A stretch of 64,000 nucleotides of DNA from an uncultured Micrococcales bacterium (GCA_903834635.1 CAILJO010000082.1:8593-72592); one strand, 5' to 3'; shown: positions 41,001-51,248, numbered from the stretch's first letter. Made by a program: numbers and translations. The notes: generated by a model not told the origin, from the letters alone.

Positions 41001-41567
41001 ATGCCTATAAGACCAATCACCATCACCGGAGAACCTGTACTTCACCACCCAGCCGAAGAGGTGACCGTATTTGATGATGAGCTTCGTCAGCTTGTAGCCG
41101 ACATGTTCGAAACGATGGACGAGGCGCCAGGTGTTGGCCTTGCAGCAACTCAAGTTGGAGTCGGCAAGCGAGTATTTGTCTATGACTATCCCGATGACGA
41201 CGATAACGAGCGTCGAGGTGTAATCATCAACCCTGTTTTAGAAATTGGCCCCATAGAAGAGGGTGAAGCAGACTGGGACACTGAGCTTGAAGGATGCCTT
41301 TCGGTGCCTGGCGAGCGTTTTCCGATTAAGCGTGCAGACTGGGCAAAAGTCTCTGGCGTGGACCTAGATAAGAACCCTATTTCGATAGAGGCAACCGGTT
41401 GGTTTGCAAGGATTTTTCAGCACGAATTTGATCACCTCGAAGGCAAGCTCTATGTCAACAAACTGGCTGAACCTCACTTCACAGCGGCAAAGTCGGTTAT
41501 CGCGGAACGAGGTTGGGGTGTTCCAAACAAGACTTGGTTGCCTGGAGTAGACAATCTGGAAGACTGA
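41001..41567 (+). CDS. def: Peptide deformylase
   Basis: GVGLAATQ, EGCLS, QHEFDHLEG; TAAATT 6 nt before the ATG. Confidence 0.97.
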   Translation: MPIRPITITGEPVLHHPAEEVTVFDDELRQLVADMFETMDEAPGVGLAATQVGVGKRVFVYDYPDDDDNERRGVIINPVLEIGPIEEGEADWDTELEGCLSVPGERFPIKRADWAKVSGVDLDKNPISIEATGWFARIFQHEFDHLEGKLYVNKLAEPHFTAAKSVIAERGWGVPNKTWLPGVDNLED

Positions 41568-41568
41568 A

Positions 41569-41880
41569 TTACCAGCCCAGAAAATAACGGCAAGCCGCTG
41601 CCACCAGCGCAGCCACAGTGACCATGACTACAAAGGGCACCTTAAGTACATTCAGAATTGCGGCAACTATAACCGCGGGTATTCTCGCATCCGCGTGAAA
41701 CGAGCCTTGGGTCACGAATGATTGAACACCAACCAGTCCAGCCAGCAGCCCGATTGTGAGCATCGACGAAACTTGAAGTAGTTTGGGGTTGTTCAAAACC
41801 TTTGAAGGCACCAAGTGTCCAATGTACTTCCAAGAAAATACGGCAAAGCTGGCCAAGAGAATTGCGCCCCAAAGGTTCAT
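41569..41880 (-). CDS. azlD: AzlD-like small membrane protein
   Basis: 103 aa hydrophobic protein, KYIGHLVP, DARIP; directly follows azlC. Confidence 0.8.
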   Translation of the reverse strand: MNLWGAILLASFAVFSWKYIGHLVPSKVLNNPKLLQVSSMLTIGLLAGLVGVQSFVTQGSFHADARIPAVIVAAILNVLKVPFVVMVTVAALVAAACRYFLGW

Positions 41881-42553
41881 ACGTTCACCGGTTTCTTAAG
41901 CGCAAATCCAAACGCCAAACCGACTAGCCCACTCAAGAGCACTGGAACACCAGCTGGCACGAAGGGGCTGGCCACCACGGCTACTACGATGGCTACGGAC
42001 GCCGTGCTGCGCGAGGCAAGATCAACTAATCTTGGCCAAACAAGTCCAACAAACGCCGCGGCGGCGGCAGCATCTAATCCCCACCTTGATGGGTCGCCGA
42101 GTGTTTTCCCTAAGATTGCCCCCAGTAGGGTCAGCAAATTCCAGAAATATAAACGGCAGCACCAGTCCACCAAAAGCCTCTTCGCATTTCATCATCGGTT
42201 TCTCGAGAGAGTGCTACAGCTGTACTTTCATCAATCGTCAGCTCAGCCGCAACTAGCCTTTTCAGACCTCGAGCCTGAATTAACGGCGCCATCCTTATGG
42301 CATAAAAACCATTTCGAACACCGAGCAACCAAGCTGAAGTGATAGCTCCTGGAATCGAAGATAAACCACCACTTGCAATAACTCCGACAAACGCAAACTG
42401 AGATCCGCCGCTAAACATCAAGAGGCTAAGGGCCATGGTTTGCCAAATATCCAAACCGGCTGCGGATGAAAGTGCTCCAAAGGAAATTCCATAAAGGCCA
42501 ACGGCGACGCCTACACCGATGGAGATAGATTTTGTGCTTCCTTGATTATTCAC
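41877..42553 (-). pseudogene. azlC: AzlC branched-chain amino acid permease with a 1-nt frameshift near 42146 (pseudogene or sequence error)
   Basis: YGISFGAL, FSGGSQF, TIDESTA...GAAVYI in one frame; FWNLLTLLGA...GLDAAAAAAF continues in another; adding one T to the T3 run (42145-42147) joins them. Confidence 0.85.
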
Positions 42554-43217
42554 TTCTGATGCCCGCTCCAATGAACCTAAGCTGCAATTGTTCGAGAGTA
42601 GCCAAATGAAGGGCAGTTAAAGCACGTTCAAAACTTTTGCGAACTCGATAGAGAGGTATTTCTAATGTTTGGGAAACCGTTGACCCTTGGTGCCCTTCAA
42701 CCAACATTTTCAGAGTTTTGACTTCGACTTCGACTAAGTTCTCGAGATAAAGACTAAGTGAGACATCATTACTCACAGTTTGGGCGGCGTTCTCCCAAAG
42801 TGAGTGCAGTTCTCCCCGGCTGTGAAGCACTGAACGTGAGTTAATCTTTCGAATCTGTTCAAGTAAATAGTGTGGGCCTAAGTCTTGCGAAACAAATCCG
42901 CTTGCTCCGGCTTTGAAAGCCGATAACTCCAACTCAGGAGTCGAAAAAACACTTGTAACAAGAATTCGAGTGTTGTTTGCGTTAGCGATCTTGATTTCCG
43001 TTAGAACTTCGGTCAGTTCGATACCTGTTGTTCCTCTTAACCTTTGCTCGACCAGAAGAACATCGAGCAGGTAATCGTCAAACTTGTCGATAACTCTGGC
43101 AACAGAGTCTTCTTCGAATACGACAGACATGTCCAATGCGGCATCTAGGACCATGCGCCTGCCTAAACGAATGCTGGAATCGGCGTCAACGAGGCCAACA
43201 CGTATGCCGGTCGCCAT
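42546..43217 (-). CDS. Atypical NarL/LuxR-type response regulator (pseudo-receiver)
   Basis: IRVGLVDAD, DVLLVE (Glu57 at the phospho-Asp position), AGASGFVSQD (Gln111 at the conserved Lys position), degenerate LuxR HTH. Confidence 0.8.
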   Translation of the reverse strand: MATGIRVGLVDADSSIRLGRRMVLDAALDMSVVFEEDSVARVIDKFDDYLLDVLLVEQRLRGTTGIELTEVLTEIKIANANNTRILVTSVFSTPELELSAFKAGASGFVSQDLGPHYLLEQIRKINSRSVLHSRGELHSLWENAAQTVSNDVSLSLYLENLVEVEVKTLKMLVEGHQGSTVSQTLEIPLYRVRKSFERALTALHLATLEQLQLRFIGAGIRSE

Positions 43218-43218
43218 A

Positions 43219-44493
43219 TCAGATTCCCGCGACAGCCTTTAGGTGCGGAAAAAGCGCTGACAAAGTGAATCCCACTCCGGCGACATGATTTGCCTCGATG
43301 CTTCCCTCGTAAAGTGCTACACGCTCACGCAAAACCCTGAGCGTCGCTCCATCAACAACGCGGACCAGCGCATCTAGGTCATCGGCGACGGAATAACCCA
43401 TAAGAGCCGTGGTCGAATCACCATTTCTAACCTTGGTTTCGACGCCGTTATCTTTGATGAGTACCTGTAATCCCTCATTAGTCCAGTAGAAATCAACAGT
43501 CACAGATGTTCCGAGAACGGTGTTCTTTTTAACGTTCTCGAGCGCTTCAAAGACTATTTTGAAAAGGCACAATTCGGCACCTTCATCCAAATCAAAGGGA
43601 ACCCCATCTGTTGTCATGGCAGCGTTGTAACCAAGTTCGCGCATAGCAATCACAATCGGTTCAATGTCTGCTATTCGAGGCGGCGCAGATGTCATTTTGT
43701 GGTCTTGGTGAAGCATGTCGTAAAGTCGGCGAAGTTCTTGCTGGCTAGCCATGGCAGAACTTTCGATTTTATCTAGCGCGCGCAATGCAGAGGCAGTATC
43801 GATTTTTGCCGTGTAGTTTGCGCCTTGCACGAGTGACACCACGGCCGAAATTCGCTGAACCAGCAAATCGGTCAGGTCTCGAGCTATACCTAATCTCTCC
43901 GTCTGGCGCGCAACCTCAATCGATAGCCGTGCTTGATCATGCAGCAATTTGGCGCGATCGGATGTGGTTCCAACGTGAGTGAGTCTAGTTATTAGCAACC
44001 GGCCAAAAATCCAGGCGAGAGTGTTGAGCGCAACATCTAGAACAGCGCCACCCGAAAAAAGTATCCATCTAGCAGATTCGTTAGAAATAACGAGACCACC
44101 AACGGAACGTAGATCGTTCTGAAAAACCACGAGCCAAACGATCGAAAAACCAGCAACATTCGACACAATGACTGTTACCTGGCGCCAGATTAGTGTTCCA
44201 AAAGCCGCCTGCAGAAGAACAGTTAAGAGTCCAGCAAAACTTGATAGCAACAGGTCTAAACCAAATGAGATTTGCATCGTGGCTGCCATCAGCAGCGCAA
44301 CTGGCGCCAGATACAAAAAGCGCCTAATGAAGAGGATAGAAACGCAGCTTAACAAAGCCGGAACGAGGGCAAGCGCCCCGCTAGAAGCAAAGTCGACGCC
44401 GCCGAGAATCGCAAAAAGTGAAAGTGAAAGGAGTATTTCAGGGAGCCATGAATGCTCTCGGACCCACCTAATCATGTGGCTCCTCTCGAACAT
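43219..44493 (-). CDS. Membrane sensor histidine kinase-like protein (HisKA_3 type) lacking the phospho-His
   Basis: 5-6 TM helices; ERLGIARDLTD (canonical ARELHD), EALENVKKN, IKDNG, LRVLRERV...GFTLSALFP. Confidence 0.82.
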   Translation of the reverse strand: MFERSHMIRWVREHSWLPEILLSLSLFAILGGVDFASSGALALVPALLSCVSILFIRRFLYLAPVALLMAATMQISFGLDLLLSSFAGLLTVLLQAAFGTLIWRQVTVIVSNVAGFSIVWLVVFQNDLRSVGGLVISNESARWILFSGGAVLDVALNTLAWIFGRLLITRLTHVGTTSDRAKLLHDQARLSIEVARQTERLGIARDLTDLLVQRISAVVSLVQGANYTAKIDTASALRALDKIESSAMASQQELRRLYDMLHQDHKMTSAPPRIADIEPIVIAMRELGYNAAMTTDGVPFDLDEGAELCLFKIVFEALENVKKNTVLGTSVTVDFYWTNEGLQVLIKDNGVETKVRNGDSTTALMGYSVADDLDALVRVVDGATLRVLRERVALYEGSIEANHVAGVGFTLSALFPHLKAVAGI

Positions 44494-44514
44494 TCGTTAG
44501 TGTCTAGAAAAGAG

Positions 44515-44590
44515 TGGCTCCCCGGCTTGGACTCGAACCAAGAACCTATCGGTTAACAGCCGATTGCTCTGCCAATTGAGCTACCGAGGA
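44515..44590 (-). tRNA. tRNA-Asn(GTT)
   Basis: TCCTCGGTAGCTCAATTGGCAGAGCA-ATCGG-CTGTTAA-CCGAT...GGTTCGAGTCC...GAGCCA. Confidence 0.97.
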
Positions 44591-44645
44591 ATGAATAACG
44601 GCTCTAACAATAGCAAAAAAATAGCTCCAAGAGAAACCGAACTGC

Positions 44646-45554
44646 TCAATAACCAAGTTTTGAATCAACTAACCCAACCCAGTTGCCTCCGCTTGCGAAA
44701 ACCTTAGTGTTTTCAGCAATCCGAAGCGCTAGCAGCCGTGTGACCTGAGCTGGCGTATCGGCAGTGTGAGGGGTGATCAGGCAAAGATCGTTGCTCCAAA
44801 GCGGGTGACCCGCTGGCAGCGGTTCTGGGTCTGTTACGTCAAGGGCTGCCCCGGCTATTACTCCATTTTCGAGTGCTTTCTGCAAATCATCGGTGACCAC
44901 ATGTGCTCCCCTAGCGATATTTACCAAATACGCAGACGGCTTCATTTTGGCTAAACGACTCGAGTCAATAAGTCCACGAGTCTGATCTGTAAGGGCAGCT
45001 GCTAAAACCAAAAAATCGGCCTTACCCAGCCATTCATCTAGTTGGTCGAAGGGCAACGTTCTAGTTGCACCATCCAGCGGTTTTCCCGATCGACTTATGA
45101 CCGTGATTTCGGTGTGAAAAGGTGAAAGGAGCTTAAGAAGCTCAGATGTTATGCCACCGCCACCGACCAAAACTATGTGCGACTCATATAGCGACACCGC
45201 AAACTTTTCACCCCATGCTGAGGCCTTGGCTCGTTCAGGTAGTTTTCTGCCCAGGGCCAAACAAAGTGCCAGAGCGTGCTCTGCCACCGGCTCACGGTAA
45301 GCCCCCTTTGCCGAGGTGAAATTTATCGGGCGATTTATCAATTCAGCAAAAGCGTCAACACCGGCAAACGGAAGTTGAACCCATTCGAGTTGGGGATTCT
45401 CATCAAGAGTTTTAGCGAGCAAAGCCGGTTGCCAATAATCCGTCCAAACCAAACCCCGAACGTCGGGCTGTAAATCGGCAACAATAGCTCCTGCTGAACG
45501 AATTGCATCAGCGAAAACTTCGGGCCTTGTGGGCTCTAGCGCGACCTTTATCAA
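44646..45554 (-). CDS. D-isomer-specific 2-hydroxyacid dehydrogenase family protein
   Basis: WVQLPFAGVD, VAEHA, LVGGGGI, NIARG, LDVTDPEPLP, TPHTA. Confidence 0.92.
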   Translation of the reverse strand: MIKVALEPTRPEVFADAIRSAGAIVADLQPDVRGLVWTDYWQPALLAKTLDENPQLEWVQLPFAGVDAFAELINRPINFTSAKGAYREPVAEHALALCLALGRKLPERAKASAWGEKFAVSLYESHIVLVGGGGITSELLKLLSPFHTEITVISRSGKPLDGATRTLPFDQLDEWLGKADFLVLAAALTDQTRGLIDSSRLAKMKPSAYLVNIARGAHVVTDDLQKALENGVIAGAALDVTDPEPLPAGHPLWSNDLCLITPHTADTPAQVTRLLALRIAENTKVFASGGNWVGLVDSKLGY

Positions 45555-47416
45555 CGACGACTCCGAAGAGCGTGGAGTTCAGTGGTTAAGGCCATGAGTT
45601 TTCGATCGACCTCTGCGATTGCCGCTTCATCCATGACCGCTTCAGCCTGCCTGCGCTGCCCTCGGAGAGCATTCTTTTCATAGTCGATGGTTCGCTCAAG
45701 CCCCTTGTTGATAATCCCCTGCCCAACCCTCAACCTGGCGGTGGCATCGGCCGCCTGCAGTGGCATCATGGCGAGTTCACGAAGAGTTGACTGTTGGGCC
45801 TCGTCTAGCTTCGCTAGGCATCTCTCCAATAAATTCTCGTCTGAGCCCGAAGAACGCTCGGAATAAATGACCCTGGCTAGGGCTAGGTGAAGCGGTGATG
45901 AAAAGTTAGCTTTAGCTATTCTTGCGAAAAGCTCTAGCGAACATGCCTCAGGAAGTTGAATCATGACCATTAGCAAGTTGCGCTCAAACTGGATCACTGG
46001 GTCATTCAAGTTGAGAGGGGGTGGTGCATCCTCAGCCTGCGCAGTGGGAGTAGCGGCGTCAGTTCGCAGGTTGCTCACCGCCGTCCTTCGGATTGATTTT
46101 CCGTGTTCAGCAACAAGTTGACCAACACTTGAACGATCGAGCGAGGTTGCGTCAGCTACGTATTTTTCATAAACACCACGCATCACGGCATCGTCTATTT
46201 GGGCAACTAGAGTAGCCGCGGCTCGCGCTGCCCCAACCTGACCCTCTCGAGACTGGAGGTCAAATTTGCTCATACTTCTTGAAATGGCGAACTCCAAGAG
46301 CGGCTTCTTGTTTGCAATCATGTCTAAAACCGCCTGATCGCCTTGCTTAGTTCTCAGATCACTCGGGTCAAGACCATCTGGCCCAATCGCCATAAAAGTT
46401 TGAGCGTTGAATTTGGATGCGTCGTTAAATGCGCGCATCGCCGCCTTTTGACCGGCCTCGTCAGGGTCGAAGTTGAAAATTACCTGTGCCGGATTAGTTG
46501 CATCACTCGAAAGTATTCGGTTAAGGATTCGAATGTGCTCGTCACCAAAGGCAGTGCCGCAGGTAGCAACTGCGGTTGTCACCCCTGCGAGGTGGCATGC
46601 CATTACGTCCGTGTAACCCTCGACAACGACTACCTGCTGGGCCTTTGCAATCTCTCGCTTTGCGAGATCGATTCCGTAAAGAACTTGGCTCTTGTGATAC
46701 ACCGGTGTTTCAGAAGTGTTTAGGTACTTGGGCCCGGTGTCGTCATCGAAGATCTTTCTCGCTCCGAAACCGATGACTGCGTTCGATTGGTCACGAATTG
46801 GCCAGATTACTCTGCCTCGGAATTTGTCATAAAGTCCGCGCTCACCTTTAGTTGAAAGTGCCGCTGCAACTAATTCGTCATCACTAAAACCCAGAGATTT
46901 AAGGTGTTCAGTTAGAGAGGTCCAACCTTTAGGTGCCCAACCAATAGAGAACTTTTTGCAAGACTCAAGATCAAAACCACGCGCCTCAAGAAGTGCACGG
47001 CCAGGCTTTGCGTCGTCGGTTTCATAGTTCTTTTCATAAAAGTCAGCGGCAGCTCGGTTGGCCTCAAGAATTCTGGCTCTTTGGTTGCTCTCTTCGTTGC
47101 TTGGTCCGCCGTCTTCATAAGTGAGTTGCAAACCCAGCTTTGCAGCGAGTTTCTCGACAGTTTCGCGAAAAGAAAGTGAATCGAGTTTCTGAACAAAATC
47201 AAAGACGTTACCGCCTTCTTTGCAACCAAAGCAGTGAAAAAAGCCTTTGCCCGGAGAAACCGTGAAGGAAGGTGATTTTTCGTCGTGGAACGGGCAAAGC
47301 CCCTTCAATTCGCCACCGCCAGCCGAACGCAGTGGCACATACTCGTTGATCACATCGGCGATGTTTGTGCGTTGACGCACCTCTTCGATGTCTTTTTGAG
47401 AAATTCTGCCGGCCAT
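45551..47416 (-). CDS. dnaG: DNA primase
   Basis: CPFH...CFGC zinc finger, KYLNT, EGYTD, DPDEAG TOPRIM. Confidence 0.97.
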   Translation of the reverse strand: MAGRISQKDIEEVRQRTNIADVINEYVPLRSAGGGELKGLCPFHDEKSPSFTVSPGKGFFHCFGCKEGGNVFDFVQKLDSLSFRETVEKLAAKLGLQLTYEDGGPSNEESNQRARILEANRAAADFYEKNYETDDAKPGRALLEARGFDLESCKKFSIGWAPKGWTSLTEHLKSLGFSDDELVAAALSTKGERGLYDKFRGRVIWPIRDQSNAVIGFGARKIFDDDTGPKYLNTSETPVYHKSQVLYGIDLAKREIAKAQQVVVVEGYTDVMACHLAGVTTAVATCGTAFGDEHIRILNRILSSDATNPAQVIFNFDPDEAGQKAAMRAFNDASKFNAQTFMAIGPDGLDPSDLRTKQGDQAVLDMIANKKPLLEFAISRSMSKFDLQSREGQVGAARAAATLVAQIDDAVMRGVYEKYVADATSLDRSSVGQLVAEHGKSIRRTAVSNLRTDAATPTAQAEDAPPPLNLNDPVIQFERNLLMVMIQLPEACSLELFARIAKANFSSPLHLALARVIYSERSSGSDENLLERCLAKLDEAQQSTLRELAMMPLQAADATARLRVGQGIINKGLERTIDYEKNALRGQRRQAEAVMDEAAIAEVDRKLMALTTELHALRSRR

Positions 47417-47425
47417 GACTAAATC

Positions 47426-48694
47426 CTAGAGTCCGCGAGTGACAAGTTTGTCGTGCAGAGCAAGCGCACCTTGGTCTGTTAGCAGTGCGATTTGATCGAG
47501 AATTACCCTGTGCTTCTGCTCGTCGTTTGAAGCCTTAACCCAGGCATACGAGCATTGTGGGTCTAACCATTGACCGTTCTTCGCCAACAGAGCATCAGCG
47601 AGCTCTGTCAGTAAAACACGTTGCCATTCGTAAAATGGGCGACGTGACTCGTGCGACATCAAGAAGGCCGACACTAGACCTTTAAGCACCGCGATTTCTG
47701 CTGATACTTCTTCAGGAACCACCAAGTTTGATGCATACCGAGTTAATAGTTGAGAGCCAGCCAAAGCCAGAGTGACGTCGGTGGCACGACCAACAAACGA
47801 TCCGATCAGAGAACTCGTTAAGTTCTTGAGGCGGCCATGGGAAATTTCGCTGCTATCAAAAGTCGAAGGCCAATAGGCATTCGACTGAAGCCTAGACAGA
47901 GCCGAATCTAGGTTCTCAAGTTCTATTTCATCGCCGGCCCAGTGTTTGATTAGTTGCAAAAGCGCCGGGCGGTTCGCAGAAATGGCTATTTCTTCAAGCT
48001 TGATAAATCCAGACACAACGGCATCTTCAAAGTCGTGTACCGAATAGGCAACATCGTCAGAGAAGTCCATTACCTGTGCCTCTATGCATTTTTGGCGATC
48101 CGGTGCGCCAACCCTGAGCCAAGCAAACACTTCTAGGTCATCAGAATAGACACCAAATTTGGCAGAGCGACCACCACCGCTCTCAATAACAGCGTCGAGA
48201 AGTGTCCAGGGGTATTTGCAGGCTGCATCGAGGGACGCCCGAGTGAGGTTGAGCCCGACAGAACGACCTGTATCGCTGAAAACCTTGGGTTCTAACCTGG
48301 TTAGCAGCCGAAGTGTTTGAGCATTTCCCTCGAAGCCGCCAAAGTCTTTTGCCCAGTCACTTAGAGCCTTTTCGCCATTATGCCCAAATGGCGGGTGACC
48401 TAAATCGTGAGCCAAGCAGGCCATGTCTACAACATCGGGGCTCAAACCCAAATCAACGGCCATTTCACGACCAATTTGCGCAACTTCGAGTGAGTGTGTC
48501 AAACGTGTGCGCGCAAAATCTCCACTGGCTGGCTCAAGCACTTGAGTCTTGGCACCTAGTCTGCGAAGAGCCGATGAGTGAAGCACTCTGGCACGATCGC
48601 GAGCGAACTCTGAACGCCGTTCGACTCCAGATCGCTTTTCTTCTAGGAAGCGCTCTGAATCGGAATCTGAGTAACCGTGAACGGAGAGTGTCAT
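47426..48694 (-). CDS. dgt: Deoxyguanosinetriphosphate triphosphohydrolase
   Basis: RRLGAKTQV, RTRLTHSLEV, HDLGHPPFGHNGE, FEGNAQ. Confidence 0.95.
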   Translation of the reverse strand: MTLSVHGYSDSDSERFLEEKRSGVERRSEFARDRARVLHSSALRRLGAKTQVLEPASGDFARTRLTHSLEVAQIGREMAVDLGLSPDVVDMACLAHDLGHPPFGHNGEKALSDWAKDFGGFEGNAQTLRLLTRLEPKVFSDTGRSVGLNLTRASLDAACKYPWTLLDAVIESGGGRSAKFGVYSDDLEVFAWLRVGAPDRQKCIEAQVMDFSDDVAYSVHDFEDAVVSGFIKLEEIAISANRPALLQLIKHWAGDEIELENLDSALSRLQSNAYWPSTFDSSEISHGRLKNLTSSLIGSFVGRATDVTLALAGSQLLTRYASNLVVPEEVSAEIAVLKGLVSAFLMSHESRRPFYEWQRVLLTELADALLAKNGQWLDPQCSYAWVKASNDEQKHRVILDQIALLTDQGALALHDKLVTRGL

Positions 48695-49866
48695 CCGCCG
48701 CTCACTCCAATTTCAGCATCCTGCAGCACGGACTTTTGGTCTCCGACAAGTTCTCGTGAGTCAAGCCATCTCTCCGGAAGCGCGCAAGTCTTCGCGCCAC
48801 CGAGACGTCCACGCGGACCTTCGGCTTCCTCGCCAGGATAAGGCTGCTCTCGATCCAAGCCAGAAAGTATTTGATCCATGTGTTCTAAACTCTCGACTTG
48901 AGCGAGCGCAGCTCTGAATTCGCCACCGACCGGATATCCTTTGAAATACCAAGCAACATGCTTTCTGATGTCGCGACAGGCGTGCTCTTCGGATTCAAAG
49001 AATTCCACGAGCAACTCGGCGTGACGCTTAAAGGCGTCAGCCACCTCACCAAGGTTGGGTTGGATGGGGTTGATGGCCGCATTTGAGTTTGGGTCTCTAA
49101 GATACTCATCAAATGCCGCCTGAAGGTCTCCAAATAGCCATGGCCGACCCAAACAGCCTCTACCTACAACCACGCCATCGACGCCGGTTTGACGCATCAT
49201 GCGAATCGCATCGTTGGCAGACCAGATGTCGCCGTTGCCGAGAACTTGCACGTCTGGAAGAGCTTCACGCAAATCTGCGATCGAGTTCCAATCGGCGTTG
49301 CCAGAGTAATAATCACTTGCTGTGCGCCCGTGGAGAGCGATGGCCGCCACACCTGCGTCTCGAGCAGCCTTTCCTGCATCCAAGAACGTCAAATGCTCGG
49401 CGTCGATGCCTTTTCGCATTTTCACGGTGACAGGAATGTCCCCCGCAGCCTTCACGGCAGCCTGCACGATAGAAGAGAACAAGTCTTGCTTCCAGGGCAG
49501 CGCAGCGCCTCCGCCTTTGCGGGTCACCTTTGGAACCGGGCAACCAAAGTTGAGGTCAATGTGGTCTGCCCGGTCCTCTGAGACCAACATCGTTACCGCA
49601 TCTGCGATTGTTTTTGGATCTACGCCATAAAGCTGAACAGACCTAATGTCTTCGCTTTCGTGGTGCCCGACGAGTCTTAGAGACTCTTCGGTGCGCTCAA
49701 CGAGAGCACGCGAAGTAACCATCTCAGAAACGTAAAGTCCACCACCGAATTCACGACAAAGGCGTCGAAACGCGGTGTTAGTAATTCCAGCCATCGGCGC
49801 CAGAACGACTGGCGTGGCTATCGAAATCTTGCCGTACTGAAGTGCAGGCTTGACCGCAGTCGTCAC
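48691..49866 (-). CDS. dusB: tRNA dihydrouridine synthase
   Basis: LAPMAG, NFGCP, VKMR, LHGRT, NGDI. Confidence 0.94.
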   Translation of the reverse strand: MTTAVKPALQYGKISIATPVVLAPMAGITNTAFRRLCREFGGGLYVSEMVTSRALVERTEESLRLVGHHESEDIRSVQLYGVDPKTIADAVTMLVSEDRADHIDLNFGCPVPKVTRKGGGAALPWKQDLFSSIVQAAVKAAGDIPVTVKMRKGIDAEHLTFLDAGKAARDAGVAAIALHGRTASDYYSGNADWNSIADLREALPDVQVLGNGDIWSANDAIRMMRQTGVDGVVVGRGCLGRPWLFGDLQAAFDEYLRDPNSNAAINPIQPNLGEVADAFKRHAELLVEFFESEEHACRDIRKHVAWYFKGYPVGGEFRAALAQVESLEHMDQILSGLDREQPYPGEEAEGPRGRLGGAKTCALPERWLDSRELVGDQKSVLQDAEIGVSGG

Positions 49867-49868
49867 TG

Positions 49869-51248
49869 TTAGCCGATCAGGCGCTCTGCAAGGTAGCCAC
49901 GAAGCTTGTCGAGCGAGACACGCTCTTGCGCCATGGTGTCACGCTCACGTACTGTGACCGCACGGTCATCCAAGGTTTCGAAATCAACCGTGATACAAAA
50001 AGGCGTTCCGATCTCATCTTGGCGACGATAGCGACGCCCGATTGCACCACTGTCATCGAAATCGATGTTCCAATAGCCCCTCAGCTCTTGTGCAAGGTCG
50101 CGAGCAACCGGCGACAGGTCTTCATTGCGAGACAGGGGCAGAACAGCCGCTTTGATTGGAGCCAAACGGTAGTCCAAACGAAGGACTGTTCTTACATCAA
50201 CGCCACCCTTTGTATTTGGGGCTTCATCTTCGGCATATGCGTCGACCAAGAATGCCATCAGTGAGCGGGTCAAGCCTGCGGCTGGCTCAATCACGTATGG
50301 AGTCCAGCGTTCGCCCTTAGCCTGGTCGAAGTAAGACAGGTCTACGCCAGACTCGCGTGAATGTGTGGTCAGGTCAAAGTCGGTGCGGTTGGCAATGCCT
50401 TCGAGCTCTCCGAACTCACTGCCCTGAAAACCGAAGCGATATTCGATGTCAACTGTGCGCTTCGAATAGTGAGAAAGTTTCTCTTTTGGGTGCTCGAAAA
50501 GGCGCAAGTTATCTGGGTTGATGCCCAAGTCTGTGTACCAGTCCATGCGGGCTTTAATCCAATAGTCGTGCCACTCTTCATCTGTGCCTGGCTCGACAAA
50601 GAACTCCATCTCCATTTGTTCAAATTCACGCGTTCTGAAAATGAAGTTTCCTGGAGTGATTTCGTTGCGAAATGACTTTCCGATCTGGCCGATACCGAAT
50701 GGCGGCTTCATGCGAGCCGCACCAAGCACGTTAGCAAAGTTCACAAAGATACCCTGGGCGGTTTCAGGTCGAAGGTAGTGCAAACCGCTTTCATCCTCGA
50801 TCGGGCCAAGGTACGTCTTAAGCAATCCGTTGAACATCTTTGGCTCGGTCCAAGCATCCTTGGTGCCACAGTTTGGACAGGCGATTTCGGCCATCGATGA
50901 AGGTAGACGACCCTTCTTCTCTTCGAAGGCCTCTTCAAGGTGGTCGGCACGAAAGCGCTTGTGGCAAGAGGTGCACTCAATCAACGGGTCAACGAACTCA
51001 CGGACGTGTCCCGAGGACTCCCAAACCTTGCGAGGAAGGATTACCGACGAGTCAAGTCCAACGACATCTTCACGACTGTTGACGACTGTGCGCCACCACT
51101 GCCGCTTGATGTTCTCTTTTAGCTCGACTCCAAGGGGCCCGTAATCCCACGCGGAACGCGTGCCTCCGTAGATTTCGCCGGCTGGAAAAACAAAGCCTCT
51201 GCGCTTTGCGAGAGAAATAACCGAATCGAGGCGGTTTGGGGTGGCCAC
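49869..51248 (-). CDS. glyQS: Glycine--tRNA ligase (alpha2 type)
   Basis: [40 protein letters not shown]. Confidence 0.97.
   Translation of the reverse strand: MATPNRLDSVISLAKRRGFVFPAGEIYGGTRSAWDYGPLGVELKENIKRQWWRTVVNSREDVVGLDSSVILPRKVWESSGHVREFVDPLIECTSCHKRFRADHLEEAFEEKKGRLPSSMAEIACPNCGTKDAWTEPKMFNGLLKTYLGPIEDESGLHYLRPETAQGIFVNFANVLGAARMKPPFGIGQIGKSFRNEITPGNFIFRTREFEQMEMEFFVEPGTDEEWHDYWIKARMDWYTDLGINPDNLRLFEHPKEKLSHYSKRTVDIEYRFGFQGSEFGELEGIANRTDFDLTTHSRESGVDLSYFDQAKGERWTPYVIEPAAGLTRSLMAFLVDAYAEDEAPNTKGGVDVRTVLRLDYRLAPIKAAVLPLSRNEDLSPVARDLAQELRGYWNIDFDDSGAIGRRYRRQDEIGTPFCITVDFETLDDRAVTVRERDTMAQERVSLDKLRGYLAERLIG

Noticed and set aside
35650..44600. Possible genomic islands at tRNA-Ile2 and tRNA-Asn
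   Set aside because: No integrase, transposase or duplicated tRNA 3' end found by eye; the region includes the housekeeping gene def. A compositional shift was not computed.
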